Assembly (NCBI GenBank): GCA_030704615.1
Contig: CM060732.1
Span: 11,718,001 to 11,782,000, forward strand
Origin: Takakia lepidozioides
Lineage: Eukaryota; Plantae; Bryophyta
Length of the DNA: 64,000 nt
Direction of reading: 5' to 3'
Shown here one piece after another: positions 1-13,400 of this stretch. Positions within the stretch are counted from its first letter, which is position 1; each line of letters begins with the position of its first letter. Both the position numbers and the translations under genes were made by a program. The notes below the pieces were generated by a model, which was not told the DNA's origin, did no database searches, and saw nothing but the letters and a program-made list of their open reading frames with translations.

Positions 1-2162
1 GAGAAATTTCTCTTGTAGTATTCCCCGCTAAAAGAATGGGTGACATGTATCTATATTTTGTTTTTATATTGCTTGGAATTGAAACTTAGTTTTCAAGCAT
101 TTTGAAATATACTCAATTTTAATATCTTGTGGTTAAAATCTGATTGGTTTATTATATTGGTTATGTTGCCAATGAAATCTTTACAGAAATTGCCATTTAC
201 TCTACCGTCCCTGATCCTACCTAAAGCTGTATTTATCCGGCAGGTATACCAAATTATGATCCGGACCGTTAAATAACCTTACCCTCAAGTTATATTTTGA
301 TAGTACCCGTTATACCTGACCCGGTGTGTTCTACAAATGTGCATTACCTGGCTTACCTTCCATTTGAAGAATAATAATACCCTGACCTGGCGCCCGCTCT
401 CGTTCCAACTCCCATTCCAGCCCTCCTGTTCCTGCTCCTTGCTCCCCTCTTCCCCTCTATAATATATATATAATCTTATGGGAGGAGGGGAGCAAGGGAT
501 CAGGAACAGCTTGGGAGCATGAGCATGGGAGCGGGGAGCGCCTGAAGCGCCAGACCAGGGCTGGACATAACAGGGGGTGGGGATTTGACAGCAGACCCAC
601 TCAAGGCTCCGGCCAGCTCCGGTGACAATACTCCCACATGCGCATTTCACCTCCATCCTATGTCTAGTGCAAACCGAAAGAGACTATATTCCAAAGAGAA
701 CTGTAAAATGTAATGGAACTAAAGCGGTGAGCGAAAATGAAACTTAGGGTAAGACGCTATTGAAAATCTAAACATACGACTGGGGGTATCATCATTTTCA
801 CAGGTAGGTATTAACTGGGGGTAGATACTATACATCAAAAGAAAAGCATCCCCTGAGTGAGGAGCAATGAAACTTTGCTACTCAAACAACTAAACCTTTC
901 TCACCAAACGGATTTATCCGAGTTTGCATGTATTGATGCCAAATATCTATCCATCTCTTCATGACTGACTACCCTCATCCATCCACTTTTGGAATGCCAC
1001 ATTCTTTTTTAATTTTTTTAATTTTTTTAATTTATTTTTGCCACATTCCGGTACACAATAATATTCATAGACAGCCATCATCCATTGCAGACATTAGGAT
1101 GGACGAACACCCACAAATTCACGGGTCGTCAGTAGTACTCATCCTGCAGACTGAAGGTCCGCGATGCGACATCGTACCGAAGCTACAGATTCCCTAAAGA
1201 ACTCTTCACGTCTTTGGTGCAAGTCAACATTCCCTCGCAAATGGCATGTCCCTTTGCGGATAAAATACATTCACGGTTCATTCACCTTTGCGAGTATGGA
1301 TGACAGAAATGTGACCACCAAAGCACTGTAACATTCATTGGTGAGAAAGTATTCATCTGCCTTTGCAGATGGGAAGTACCAAATTTGGACGAGGACTGGA
1401 TGGAATCCACTTCATCCGAGTGACTCTCTCTTCCAAACGGTCACCTGCTTTTGAACAGTGACACAGTTGTGGGAGAGTGATGGTTGCACTGCAGCCTTCA
1501 AGTCCACACTACATAATTCAATTGCACTTGTTCAGCTTTTTGGGTTTCACCGTTCCATACTATCACAATGATTCACACTTTCCATAGCCAAGTTTAGCAG
1601 GGACGGATGAATACTGGATGTCCGTCCCCTTTCTTTCATGAATAAATAATATACCATGGATGAAATTCATTCGTCTTTTTTTGGCTCTTTCTGCACAAGC
1701 CATGTAATGTTAGCTACGTCAATCAATCATTGAAGGATATGGTATTTAGTACTTACGTACTTTTTCCACATGTAGATAGCTTTTTTTTTCATCCAAGGCG
1801 ACAGATGTAGTGTTTTTTTCTTTTTCTATTTTCCAAAATCGTCTAAGGAGTCACATGTAAATTTTATCCAGCGCCCATGTGGCAAGAATAACGAGGTGGC
1901 AGGGTTAGAGAAGTGGCAATATAACAGGTGACACGTTTTAACGGGTCCACGTAGGCAAAATCCGGCCTCCAGATAACTATTGGCGCTTTCTGGCAAATGT
2001 TTTTATTTTTACCCCCATAATTCCTTGGTACAAGTAGCTGAGCCATTTTCCAGGTCGAAATCTGGCGGTTTTAAAGTGTTGTGAAAAAATAACCACAACA
2101 GGAGGCCATAAGGCTTTCCATCAAAAGATGGGTAACACCCGGGCATGCCAAACCAGGCTTAA

Positions 2163-3359
2163 GGGCTAGGCCGCACCTGCCCGGTTAAGGAATAACAGGG
2201 CATTTTGGATCGGCGGGTTTACAGGAAACGGTAGTGCGTTGACCCCCAACCGCCTTTAACCTGACGCCGCACCTGCCGGCTATAGAAACGGTACGAAAAA
2301 TATTTCATCACTTGTGCGTTCATCCATCGCACACACTTTTTCTTGGGAACGCATAATAGAACCATTCGTGCACATGAGGGGAACGTACAGGATGGCACTG
2401 CAGACTGTTAGGGAACTGTCAGACTATCAGGATGTCAGGGAATTGTCAGGATGGCATCAACTCAGGGCAACCTGAGGCCTACTCTTTCGGCAACAATTAT
2501 TAACAACGGCTCCACATCATATAGCACACATATACGTTACAGGTCCAGGATTCACCTCCCTCTCTTCTCAGGCTAGTAGAGGTCAGTGAACAACTAATTC
2601 TCACCTAGAAAGAAAGCAATGCGCAAGGGCCCTGGAGAGATAGGGGAATCGGAAGAAAGAAGAGAGGCATTACTTGGGTTTGCTGTTACCATCCTCGCAT
2701 CGCACCCTACTCATCATGCAAAATAATTTTCAGGAACCAGTGGATGATGATGCTATCAAACTGGACCATTACTCAGGAAACACTACGATCTATGACTGCG
2801 TATTCCATTGTGGGTTAGGCTTGAAGCCTGGCTCTCTGTGGAGAGGGCCCTAGGTTGAAGCTTGATTGGCAGACATCAGGAGACAATGACACCTTTTGCT
2901 GAAGCTAAAGACTTCTCAAGAGTCAAGGAAAGAGTACCACAAGAGGAGAAAAAAACACAAATGTGATTGCCATCGAGTAGATAAAGCCCTACATGCACAC
3001 GTTGGTAAATGTTTGGAGCTCACCACCGTTCTCCACCACCGTGTCTCCAGATGCTAGAGAAATTTTTTGAACAAGAGTTCATGGGGAACAAGGGCTTGAG
3101 GGGAACAAACGAATGTCAAGCGAGTGTCGGGAATGGAAAACGCCGATATCCGTCGGAGGTTCTCCCAAACGGACCTCTAAACGTACAGTAGTTACCCCCC
3201 CCTTACCACCCGTTACCCCCTATCGCCTCCGGTTAAGCATGCCGGACAGGCCCCGACAGGGTTCGTAACCACTCCGCTATGTGCGGCCCTAGTTAAGGAA
3301 AATCTGGGGTGTAGTACACCATATTTGCTCCTTTAACCCCGGCAGGTGCGGCCTGGCCT
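2163..3359. mobile_element. Non-autonomous PIF/Harbinger-like TIR element (~1.2 kb)
   Basis: Left end GGGCTAGGCCGCACCTGCC is the near-inverted copy of right end GGCAGGTGCGGCCTGGCCT. Both ends are flanked by TTAA (2159-2162, 3360-3363). No transposase ORF. Confidence 0.7.
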
Positions 3360-3970
3360 TTAAGTAAGTTAGCTTGTTTCTAAGACAACAGGTCCTCCTA
3401 TGAAGTTGTGAATCAGAGATCCTGTTTGTGTCTGTAACCACCATGAATTTTGTCCCTTCATTATCGATAGGAGCCACTTTTAATTTCTGATTATCATGTT
3501 ATCCGACATTGAACAGGACAAACCTCAGTATTAATTACTACCACAGGAGTGGAGATGACTTAATCCATCCTTATCGACGATAACCATCCAAGTTTTATGG
3601 ATGAAACTCATCACTATCTTGTTTGCGTGAAGTGAAGGAGTTTCAGAACTTTATTTGGAATTTGATTAAATCTCCCTGGGTTGTAAAATAAGTGATGAGG
3701 AAGAAATGGATGAAAAAGTACTATAGGAAATATTTTATAGAGGGACAAAAGTGGAAGAAAAAAATAGATACGGCTGTAGCCGCTTCAAGTTTTTATTTAT
3801 TTGATTTTACCCAGAAAGAGCAGTCTAAAAAAAAGTACTGTACAAGTTCATGAAGGACAGATTATAGTAAGTCACATTAGGCCTCCGTTCACTTTTTCGT
3901 TTAAGAAAAAGGAAAAAAGTCAATCCTTCTAGATGAATGAAAGTTGCTGACGAAGAAACAGTCCTCGTCT

Positions 3971-4020
3971 GGCCCACAAAAATATAATGGGGCCCCAAAC
4001 AACAACACCTAAACCCTAAA
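3971..4020 (+). promoter_or_regulatory. Site II (GGCCCA) and telo-box (AAACCCTAA) motifs upstream of the XXT-like gene
   Basis: GGCCCA at 3971 and AAACCCTAAA at 4011, about 650 bp upstream of the ATG. Motif match only. Confidence 0.3.
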
Positions 4021-4671
4021 ACTACAAAACAAATTAAAATTACAAATTCTATCCATAGGGAAAAGCATCCTACACACCGACAACCATTCCCTGTAATCCG
4101 AACATTCATCCGTTGTCATTCATTCATCCGTTGTTTGGAAGAGCGGGTAAAGAATGGCGGGTGAAGCAAAGGCGGGCCCGCTAAAACGGACGTCTCCATC
4201 GCTGCACTGCTCCACCCTCGCTGTAACATGCCTGCTGCAGCCCCGCATGATTTACCACTCTTTGCCTGCACACACTATAAACACTCTCTGCTTCATCTTC
4301 TTCCTCCCTTCTTTACTGCTGTTTGATTGGTTTTTTTAAGAATCAGTGCCGCTCTCGCTGCAAGTGTTTCATGATATTCCTCAAATCACAATCAGTGATT
4401 GTTGCTGTATCTCCCTGCAAGCGGTCCGTGAGTTTTCTCACAATCGATTTCTGTCGGTCGTATCTCGTTGCCAATTTTGATAAGTGCTCCGCATTTTTCT
4501 TTCTGTGTCTGTCTCTGTTTGCGTCGGATTCTGTTGATTTAGTTTCTTTCTGGATCCATTAACGTGGCAGGAAGTGCATTTTGAGGAGGCACCTTGAGAA
4601 AATAAAGGCTGATTGGTTGTGAGGGGAGCGGGATTCGAGCCTGAAGAGTTCCCTGGAGGCCGTCTTCCATC

Positions 4672-6630
4672 ATGAAGGAATCCATTTCTTATCGGAGCCT
4701 TAGCAGGCTCATGGCTACTACGAAGGGCCGGCGCATTCAGAAAATGTGGAAAAATGTGAAGGTGACAATTGTATGCGGTTTTGTGACTATTCTAGTGTTG
4801 CGCGGAACACTGGGAGCTGGAAGCTTTGGCTCGCCTGCGCAGGACTATGCACAAATCAAGGACCATCTTCATGCTGCAGCGAAAGAGACACAACGGGCCC
4901 GAGTTCTTACTCGGATCGAAGAAAAGAATGCTGGACGAAGACAGCTCGTCGAAGAAGACGATACTAGCAAGAGTGACATACAAGAAATTGAGAGCGGCCC
5001 GACGAAGCCTTACAGCCTGGGCCCTACAATTACAGACTGGGACGAACAGCGTCGTCTATGGATGACGAAAAATGTCGTGGATTCCAAAGGGAAGCCTCCC
5101 CAACTGTTGCTTGTAACAGGGTCTCAACCTTCACCTTGCAAGAATCCGGTGGGGGATCATTACCTCTTGAAATCATTAAAAAACAAAGTGGATTACTGCC
5201 GTCTTCATGGCATTGAACTCTTCTACAACATGGCTCATCTAGACCAAGAAATGGCGGGATTTTGGGCCAAACTCCCGCTTCTTCGAAAGCTAATGCTTGG
5301 ACATCCTCAGATTAAATGGATATGGTGGATGGACAGCGACGCCATGTTTACAGATATGACGTTTGAGGTTCCCCTGGAGAAGTACGAAAAGCACAATATG
5401 GCACTGCATGGATTCGACTATCTGGTCTACAACCAGAAGAGCTGGACTGGCCTCAATACTGGAAGTTTCCTGATTCGCAACTGTCAATGGTCATTGAATC
5501 TGCTAGATGCTTGGGCGCCCATGGGTCCGAAAGGAAGCGTCAGAGATACAGCAGGCATGTCTTCTTTCTTTTTGGTTGCGGTGTCACTTTGTATGATTTC
5601 ACGTGCATTCGTCTAGGGAGGAAGAAGTGTGCAGATGTTTTCTTTTTCAAAATTAGGCAATATAGTTCTACACAGATACAGCTATGATGCATAACTTACT
5701 GCCTTTCGCCACAACTATGCTTGAAGACTATTGCACAAATGTTTTTGGTCAGATATGAAAGAAAAATGATATTGAACCGTTAAATGTGAGATGTGCTCAT
5801 TTCCTCCCCGTCTGGTATTCTGGGGATTAGTGTCTTCTCCCCGCTGATTGGAGTGAAGAGGACACAATTAATACTTAGTTTTGTGCAATGGTTCCGACAT
5901 TATGTGCTCGACAAAGTCTTAAGGTTTTCGAAGATCGTATGAAGTGACTGTTTGACACAGTGGAATATTCTCCGTTCATCTTTAAATGCTATCTTATAAC
6001 TTCGTAGTAACTTCTCCCCTTGTGTCTGTCAAGAATTGTATGTGCAGCTCTAAGTATACCTCCTCTGTCTCTGCCTTCGTCCACTATTTTGTGTCCCATC
6101 TTTCTATCAACTAATTTAATGCACATTTGGAGCTGGACATTCTGTTGTCCAATTTACAATTACGTTGAATTAAGTTGACGTGTATTTCGTGGCATTTTGC
6201 AGGCAAACTTCTGTCAAAAACCTTACTAGGACGGCCAGAGTTCGAAGCCGATGATCAATCTGCGCTCGTCTATCTCTTAATCACGCAAAATCCAGAGTGG
6301 GCCGACAAAGTCTATCTGGAGAGCTCATACTATTTGCACGGTTACTGGATGATCTTCGTAGACAAATATGAGGAAATGATGGCAAAGCATCAGCCGGGCC
6401 TGGGAGACGATCGGTGGCCATTCGTCACACATTTTGTGGGATGCAAACCATGTGGGAATTCTGTCGATTACGCGGCTGAGCGATGCATCAAACAGATGGA
6501 AAGAGCCTTCAACTTCGCCGACAATCAGATTCTTGACAATTATGGTTATAAGCACAAATCTCTGGAAACATCAAAAGTGAAACGTGTCAGGAATGAAACA
6601 TCTGATCCCCTGACGCTTCAACGACATTAG
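4672..6630 (+). CDS. XXT: Xyloglucan 6-xylosyltransferase, glycosyltransferase family 34 (XXT-like); join(4672..5554,6203..6630), ~436 aa
   Basis: N-terminal TM segment VTIVCGFVTILVLRGT, and GT34 motifs DWDEQR, LLKSLKNKVDYCRLHG, WIWWMDSDA (DxD), GLNTGSFLIRNCQWSL, FEADDQSA, WPFVTHFVGCKPCG and MERAFNFADNQ. Splicing 5555..6202 restores RDTAG-KLLSKTL in frame. The start could instead be the ATG at 4711. Confidence 0.93.
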
Positions 6631-7654
6631 TCATAGCCCCTCTCAACTATGAGGGCTTCAGTAGAGAAGCACTACATTTTTGTGATCCTATTCAGCTGGT
6701 TTGTCGAGTTTCAAAGAGTTATCTACGGGAACCACGAAAATAGTGCAATGTTGAAACGACATCGAGAAATGACCTCTTGAAGGTTCACTGCTCGCTAGGA
6801 AGTCTATTCTTTAGATTCGGCAGTTCTGCGTGAAAGCATTGGTGACATTGCCCGGTAGTCCACCTGCTGGTTCTACATGCTGTGTATATAAGAAAACAAT
6901 CCTTGTTTTCACCCTCTGTGATTCAATCACGAAAGAAATAAAGTACATGTCTGGACATCTAGTCCGTTCTTTCAGATGTTTGCATAAAGACTCTATCAAG
7001 ACCGTTTGTGAAGGAGAATGGAACCTTAGGTTTGCGCCTTTCCCGAAAAGAAGCTGCAGGACTCTTTATGACTTTTCTTTGTCGGTTATGTGTTGGGTGA
7101 ATTTTGCTTCGGGGATTTTGTCACATTTCCGGTCATTGCGTCTTTTGATGCTAACGACTCCCGATGTTTGAGATGATGGTCAGGTGTTCTGGCAAATGGA
7201 TCCACAATCAATTCCCAGGGCACTTCGCTTTTATGGAGCATCAGGGATGCTCACCACCTGCCTTTTTATCATCTCCTTGGTGATTTCAACCACCCATGTG
7301 GACAGCAGCAGTAGAGGTGGACCTTTGAGTGCAACTCAGTGATAATCATGTGATAATCATGAGGTCAGACCACCTTCCTGCTAAACAGTCTCATTAATCT
7401 GAACCTGCTCTGCGTTGTGTGGCTAGAATCATCATAGGATGGAAACATCGCATTATTGAACGCCACAGCAGACATACTACAATTCTGAGGGCAACCTGGT
7501 GGACATGTTATGAAGTCTGATGGATGATACAGTGGTTTGCGTGGAAAATTACCTGGAAATCCTGCTTCCGTGGGCTGCCAAATTTGTTGGCAGTGTCAAA
7601 TAATTTAAACGTGAAACAACCCTGGTTGCCCTTGATAGATTTATGCATGGTGAC

Positions 7655-8702
7655 AGTGCGCACAAGTATCCCATTGATTGGCAAACAAAGAAGCCCACCA
7701 TTCTCAGGGCAGCAGAGCAGTGGTTTGCTTCAGTTGAGGGTTTCAGGCTGGCGGCACTCGAGGCCATTGATCATGTGGAGTTGGTGCCTCCTCAGGTACT
7801 GCTATTGCTACTTCTGCTCACGTAGCTTTGAGAGAAGCCCCTTCTGCGGCATATGGGCTTCCTTTTTACTACAACCAGCATGTGCATAGAGGATGTACTT
7901 ATAGTGCAACGTGTTTTTCTTGTTGTATTTACAAATAAGATTGAGACAGACAGCACAGGCAGCAGTGAATGTGATAAGGAAATATTGACAGATCAGGTGC
8001 TATGAGAATCCAACTGTATTTTTCTCCCTTAGATCTGAAATTGTTCTTAACATGACAAGGTAATCATGCCATTCTCTTCTCTATCAATTTGGATTGCACC
8101 TTTAAAGCGTGGGTAGTGCAGCTTGTATGGAAGAAATTCTAATCTATTTGTAGTGTGGGTGTTGCAGGGAGAGAAGCTGTAACATCAATGACACTCAGCC
8201 GCTCAAATTGGTGCGTTTTCAGACAGAGAAGTTGGGGTCTTCCAATCCGCATGTTCTATCACATGGATTTTGGCGAATGCTTGACTGAAGAAACAATTGT
8301 GCAAGGTAAGCTGAAAGTCCTATTTCTTGACAGAACATTAGCAGAGGTTGTTTTCCAGATGTTTTGATTTGGCTAATGCTCCAAAGGATTGATTAAGCTC
8401 AGAGTACCTGCCCCTGGATAGGGTCCTTTCCTTGGCTAGCCAATGGCGCTTTCAACTTCAATAAATTATAAGTTGCTCTGGTCTCCTTTGAGAAGAATTG
8501 TTTTTAAGTTACACAGTTCATTGAAGGCAATGGTCGGCCTAGCTTATGTTAAGTTACACTCATGCTTTGTGCCGTTTGTGGGAATGGGGTGGACAGCCAT
8601 CAGAGCAGTGATGCATGGTGGTACACGAGCACTGAGGATCTGCTTCCGTCAAAGTATCGTGAGCAAGCTGCTATGTATAGAAGGGGCACCGACACCATGG
8701 AT
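7655..8702 (+). pseudogene. Three-exon fragment of organellar (OVA2-like) isoleucyl-tRNA synthetase
   Basis: The pieces [33 protein letters not shown]|gt(7796), ag|..SMTLSRSNWCVFRQRSWGLPIRMFYH..EETI|gt(8306) and SDAWWY..EDLLPSKYR..YRRGTDTMD follow the IleRS motif order (YPYDWRTKKP, DWCISRQRxWGVPIP, GSDAWW, KGTDTMDVWFDSG). There is a frameshift at ~8177, and the HIGH and KMSKS regions were not found. Confidence 0.85.
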
Positions 8703-10467
8703 GTGTGCAATGTGTGTGGTTTGACTCTGGTACATACATTATTGTCCTTGCGTTGTGTGTATTCCGAAGTGAAAGGAGGGTGGACACTGGACACCTTTGT
8801 GACACCAATTGATGGAACCACTTCCGAGGTGGTTTGGACCTTGGTAGCCGTAATAAGGCACTTCTGGAAGGGATGTGTCGATGAGGTGGAACTGGCTGCA
8901 TCTCCCTTGACACTTGAGTGTCTGTTCATTCTGTCCAGCTCATACTTATCTGATGGAGGATGTGCCAACCCAGGTGTTTCCCTTTAATTTTTCAGGAAAA
9001 AAAAACAGTCCGCCAATAAAACATTCGAATATTTGGGCGGTTACATATTATTTGGGCAGTCATTGTTGTACATATTCACTCTGATGTCGTATAAATTCGG
9101 TGTAGAAGCATATCGCGCGTAATGGAATATAGACTTCGCGGCGTCGGAGATGTAATTTCGAGCAGGAAATTTAGCCTTCAATACAGTGAAAAAACCGCCA
9201 TATTGTACAGTATCTCAGCAAACATGTAACTAGATAGGATCCATGTGGACATTCTAATAGTCGCCACCTCTGCACTTATCCGCAGCATTTTGTAGCCACA
9301 TCCACGCCTATGCAGAACTGGAAAAGATGGCTGGTCCCACCCTCTTCCCTAAAGGCAAAGGGCCCAGAGACACTTGTTGCTCAAGTTTTCTTCTTCTTTC
9401 TTTTTGTAGGGCTTGAGGACCCTCATTCAATGACTACAGCACTTCCACATTTTCTCATACTTACTAAAATTCCTTTGCACTTTCCGCCTAGTGAATGAGT
9501 TTTATGTACTTTGACTTGGACTCCTCAACTATGCAGTGGATTGTTTGGACAAGTGCGCACACGCTCTTGTTGATAGCAAAGCAAGGGCCTTGGTTTGGGA
9601 GCTGTGTTTCAGAGAAGAGCAACCTTCTAAAACATTTGTTGCGTGCTAGAACGGTGGAAGGGGTATGGCAGGCAAGAGGACACGTAGAAATTTGGCGGTG
9701 TGAGTCGATCCACCAGCGTGGCCCTGCACGCTGCTGCCACGCCCCGATGACCGCTAATTGCATCCCATGGCTCCGGACGAAGGGGCCGGGGCTTTTGGCG
9801 GGAGCCGGGCCACGTGGGCCTGCCGAGCCGGGCGCATTAAACTGCGGGGCCTTTTCGATTCCTTGCCCATGTTTTGTGGCTGCTTCTCGTGCACGCACGA
9901 TGCTGATTCTTGCGAGCTTGCCAAGCAGGTCAATGCAGCGCGGCCCAAGCTCGGATGTATACATACACTGAATTCGACACGTATACGGTAAACCGTGTGG
10001 GGAGCCACCGCGCAGCCTTGCTACAGTTCACCACCACTCGATTTCCTTTGCCATTTGTGATCGTGTAAAACCTGTGTCAGGTCCTGCTATGTATTGCAAT
10101 CCCCTGGGCTCTGTGTGTTCAGTGCCGCTTGGAGAATTCCGAGTGGTCACCCACCGGCAAGCTAATGAGTAGTTGCTCTGGGTAATTTTCTATGCAACTC
10201 CCGCTGTAGAGCACTGTGCCTCTGACTGCCTGCGTCTTGGCTGATTCTACTCCAAGCTAGGTCTATGTTGAGCTGATCTTTACACGATGGGCTGGAACTC
10301 TGTATTCTGCTGTGTCAGTAGAGTGCGGAAGTCAATTTCTGTTGTTGGGAAGTCATAGCACGATGGTGAGGCCTCTTACATGTAGTCCCGAGGTGGAGCC
10401 ATCCAATGACTAGACTGTGAATGTAGCAAACGATGCTGTAGTGCAAAACTCAAAATATCACAGGAAA

Positions 10468-13400
10468 ATGCGGAGAATATTTCCTGTCAAGCAAAGCTCA
10501 GGGTCCAGCAATGGCAGTGCACCATCTTCACTCACCGGAAGCATTTCAGAGACACACACTCCCAGGAGGGGATCTTTAGCTTATTTCGAGAAATTGCAAC
10601 CTTCTGATGCAATTGCGCCAGGGAAGGAGAGGCTACAAGTGCAGCCTGTGCAGGATTACATTGCAAGGCTTCAATTGGAATCTTCGGAGTCGGCGTCGCT
10701 TGCCGCTGCTTCAACTGGAAGTATCAGTGAAGATGCCAGAGTGGGGCTCTTGCGCAGGTATAGACAGGTGGGTGAGGGGCGGCCCAATGCACCGAGCTCC
10801 GTGTTCGGTACTACGGATCCCTCTTCGAAGGTGCCCATCAGGAGGCGGCGGCTGTCTATGGAAAGTCAGCTTGACCTCATACGCTCTCGACCTAATCCTG
10901 CCACAGCACCGGCCACCCCGTAAGCATAACTTGCCTGCCTGCATGCTTGACTTGGAATGTGAGTGCTGTCTGTGAATCTTTTTGTCAATTTAAATTTAGT
11001 TGTGCTGTGTTTCAGGGGGTCAAAAGGTCTCGTGAAGGTGCTAGCGCTTCTTGATTGGTTTTTGGACACCCGCTCCTGCCATTTAGCTGCTTGGCTTTCT
11101 CTTGGTCTCTGTCTTCTGCCAATTTGGGCTGTGTGAATGTTTAGAACTGCTCTACATGTCCATGCCATGACAATTGTAAAGACGTGGGGTTAGAGCTCTT
11201 ATCAACATGTGGATGTGACGGCATGGCAGAAGGACAGCTCCAAGGTCAAATAGTGCGCCAAAGGTGCGCCCAGAAGAGGATCCACTGCGCCAAAATTCCA
11301 TGCGCATCCTCGAAGTCCCAGACAGCATTGTCCATTCGTCAATGGGACCACCTTGTAGATCTAGCAGGGGCCTGATAGATAGCCCCAAGGGTGGAGGTGT
11401 GGCTGTTAATTCTCGAGAATGGCGTAAGTCTTTCAGTGATTGGTCCTCGTCCAGTGCTCCTGTTAGCAAGGAATTCGACAACCCATCATCAAACTTGCAA
11501 GGCTTACAATCACAGAGGAGTTCTAGTTCCAAGTACCTGGGTGCACGGGCTCTCGCAGAACGATTATCCAAAGCAATACGGGGGAGTTCCAAGGCTTCAA
11601 CCAAAGTTCAGCCGCACAATAATAGAGCTTCTAACACTGACGTAGGAGCTGTGGGGCAGAGCCCTGAAATCCTCCCTGTGTCAGTGCATGGTCGGCATTC
11701 AGGTCAAGGTCGGGCATTGGATCAGATGTGGCAGGAGAATTCTCTGGGGGGACGGTCCAGTTACGAGAAGTCAGGGGAACTCATTGGTTTGGCAGAATTG
11801 AGCAATAATGGACTAGTTTCCTCATTCCGCGACCGGAAAGTAGATTCCTTACTTCGGGAGGAGAATGAAAGAGACATATTGAAGAGTTGGCTGCAAGAGT
11901 TGGACCAAGTGAGTGATGGAGGTAATGACGATCTGGAGAAAAGGGCGAGGGCAGCCTGGGAGCACTTAGAAATACTGGATGAGGAGCAAGAAATATTGGA
12001 TGATCAGTTGTACTTTCTGAGTGAAAACAAAGACACAGATGCATCACGCCCGAGGCGAGATGGAGACTCGATCCTTGTAATCTTGAAACAACGCATAAGG
12101 AAAATGCATGGAGAGAAAAGGCTATTGGCACTGCAGGTTGCCACTGAGTTGCGGAAGCGCATCTCCGAACAAGCTGCTGCCAGGAAGGTTTTCTCTCTAA
12201 TGAAGAGGGAGATGGACTCCTATGCCAAAGTGATGGAGAAGGAAAAGGATGAAGTGAGGACAAATCTGGAAGATGAGATTGCTAGAAGAGAGCTAACTTG
12301 GGTCCAAAAACTAGAGAAAATACGCCTGGAAGAAAGATGGCTAAGGGAACAAGTCATGAACCTTGAGGAAGAGAAAGGGGCAATGGTGAAAGAGCATGCT
12401 GGCATGGCTTCAAAGGAGATGGCTCTGAGGGAAAAGGTGGCAGAGTTTGAACTGCAGGTGGGTGGGCAGCGTGCAAGAGCTGATCGTGCAGAGGCTGAAG
12501 TAGATTTGCTTAGGAAGGCTTACAGGGAGAAGGAGGGAGAGAAAAGAGAGTTGCATAAGGTTGTGGAGAGATTGCAGAGTCTGTGTCTAGACTATGAGAC
12601 CAGCATTCACAGCTTCCAGCAGGGTCCGAAAGATGGTAGGCCAGAAACAAAGGAGAGGAGACCTAGCAGGTTGCAAAAGGAGTTGCTGAGATTAAGTAGC
12701 CTAGAAACGGCTCTCCGCATGGAGATGGAGGCTCTGAGAGGTGAAACGAGTATGCCTCGTCTGAGAAATGAAGGTGTCGAGAAGATCTATAATGCACTAG
12801 CCATGAGAAATGACCAAGAGTGTCCAGCTAAGTCTGACCAGCTGGGAAGACAGGAAACTGATCTACGGGATGAAAACAATCTGCTACGACTGAAGTTGAG
12901 GCTTGCTGTCAAAGAAAGAGAAGATATGAATGAAGCTGTAAGAAGAGCAGAAGAGGAAATTCAGCTCCTAAAAGAATCGGTTGGAAGAGAAACATGTGAT
13001 GTTGAAGAACATGTTCGAGGATTGTGGAGGACACAACATCGTGGGGATACTATCACACAAACTTTCCCCATGTTGCAAGGGGTTCCACCATCGCGAGAGT
13101 CCACTGGTTTGGCATGTGGTGAAGACTCAAAGCCCCAGAATTCAGATTCCCAGCATTTGGAGTCTGAGACGCAGCAGAGCCTTCAGGTAGGCTACCACAT
13201 TGGATGCTTAAGTAGAGCCTGCTCCATTAGACTGCTCCCCCTTGCTATTGGACATGGGCCAGACAATCGAACCGACAAGGAATGTCATGCCCTTAGTTGT
13301 CTGTAGTGTCTATATTCAGCTGATTAGCACACCCATTGCAGGCTTGCACTTCAAACAAGAATACATCCTGACCTTCTCTGGGTTACTCAGGATAACTGGT

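Noticed and set aside
285-656. 123-aa minus-strand ORF
   Set aside because: No recognisable domain. It lies in low-complexity, TE-like sequence.
9488-10008. Overlapping 158-aa ORFs on both strands
   Set aside because: GC-rich promoter-like sequence upstream of the coiled-coil gene, with no protein motifs.
11152-12263. Antisense ORFs of 150 and 160 aa
   Set aside because: Shadows of the + strand coding exon.
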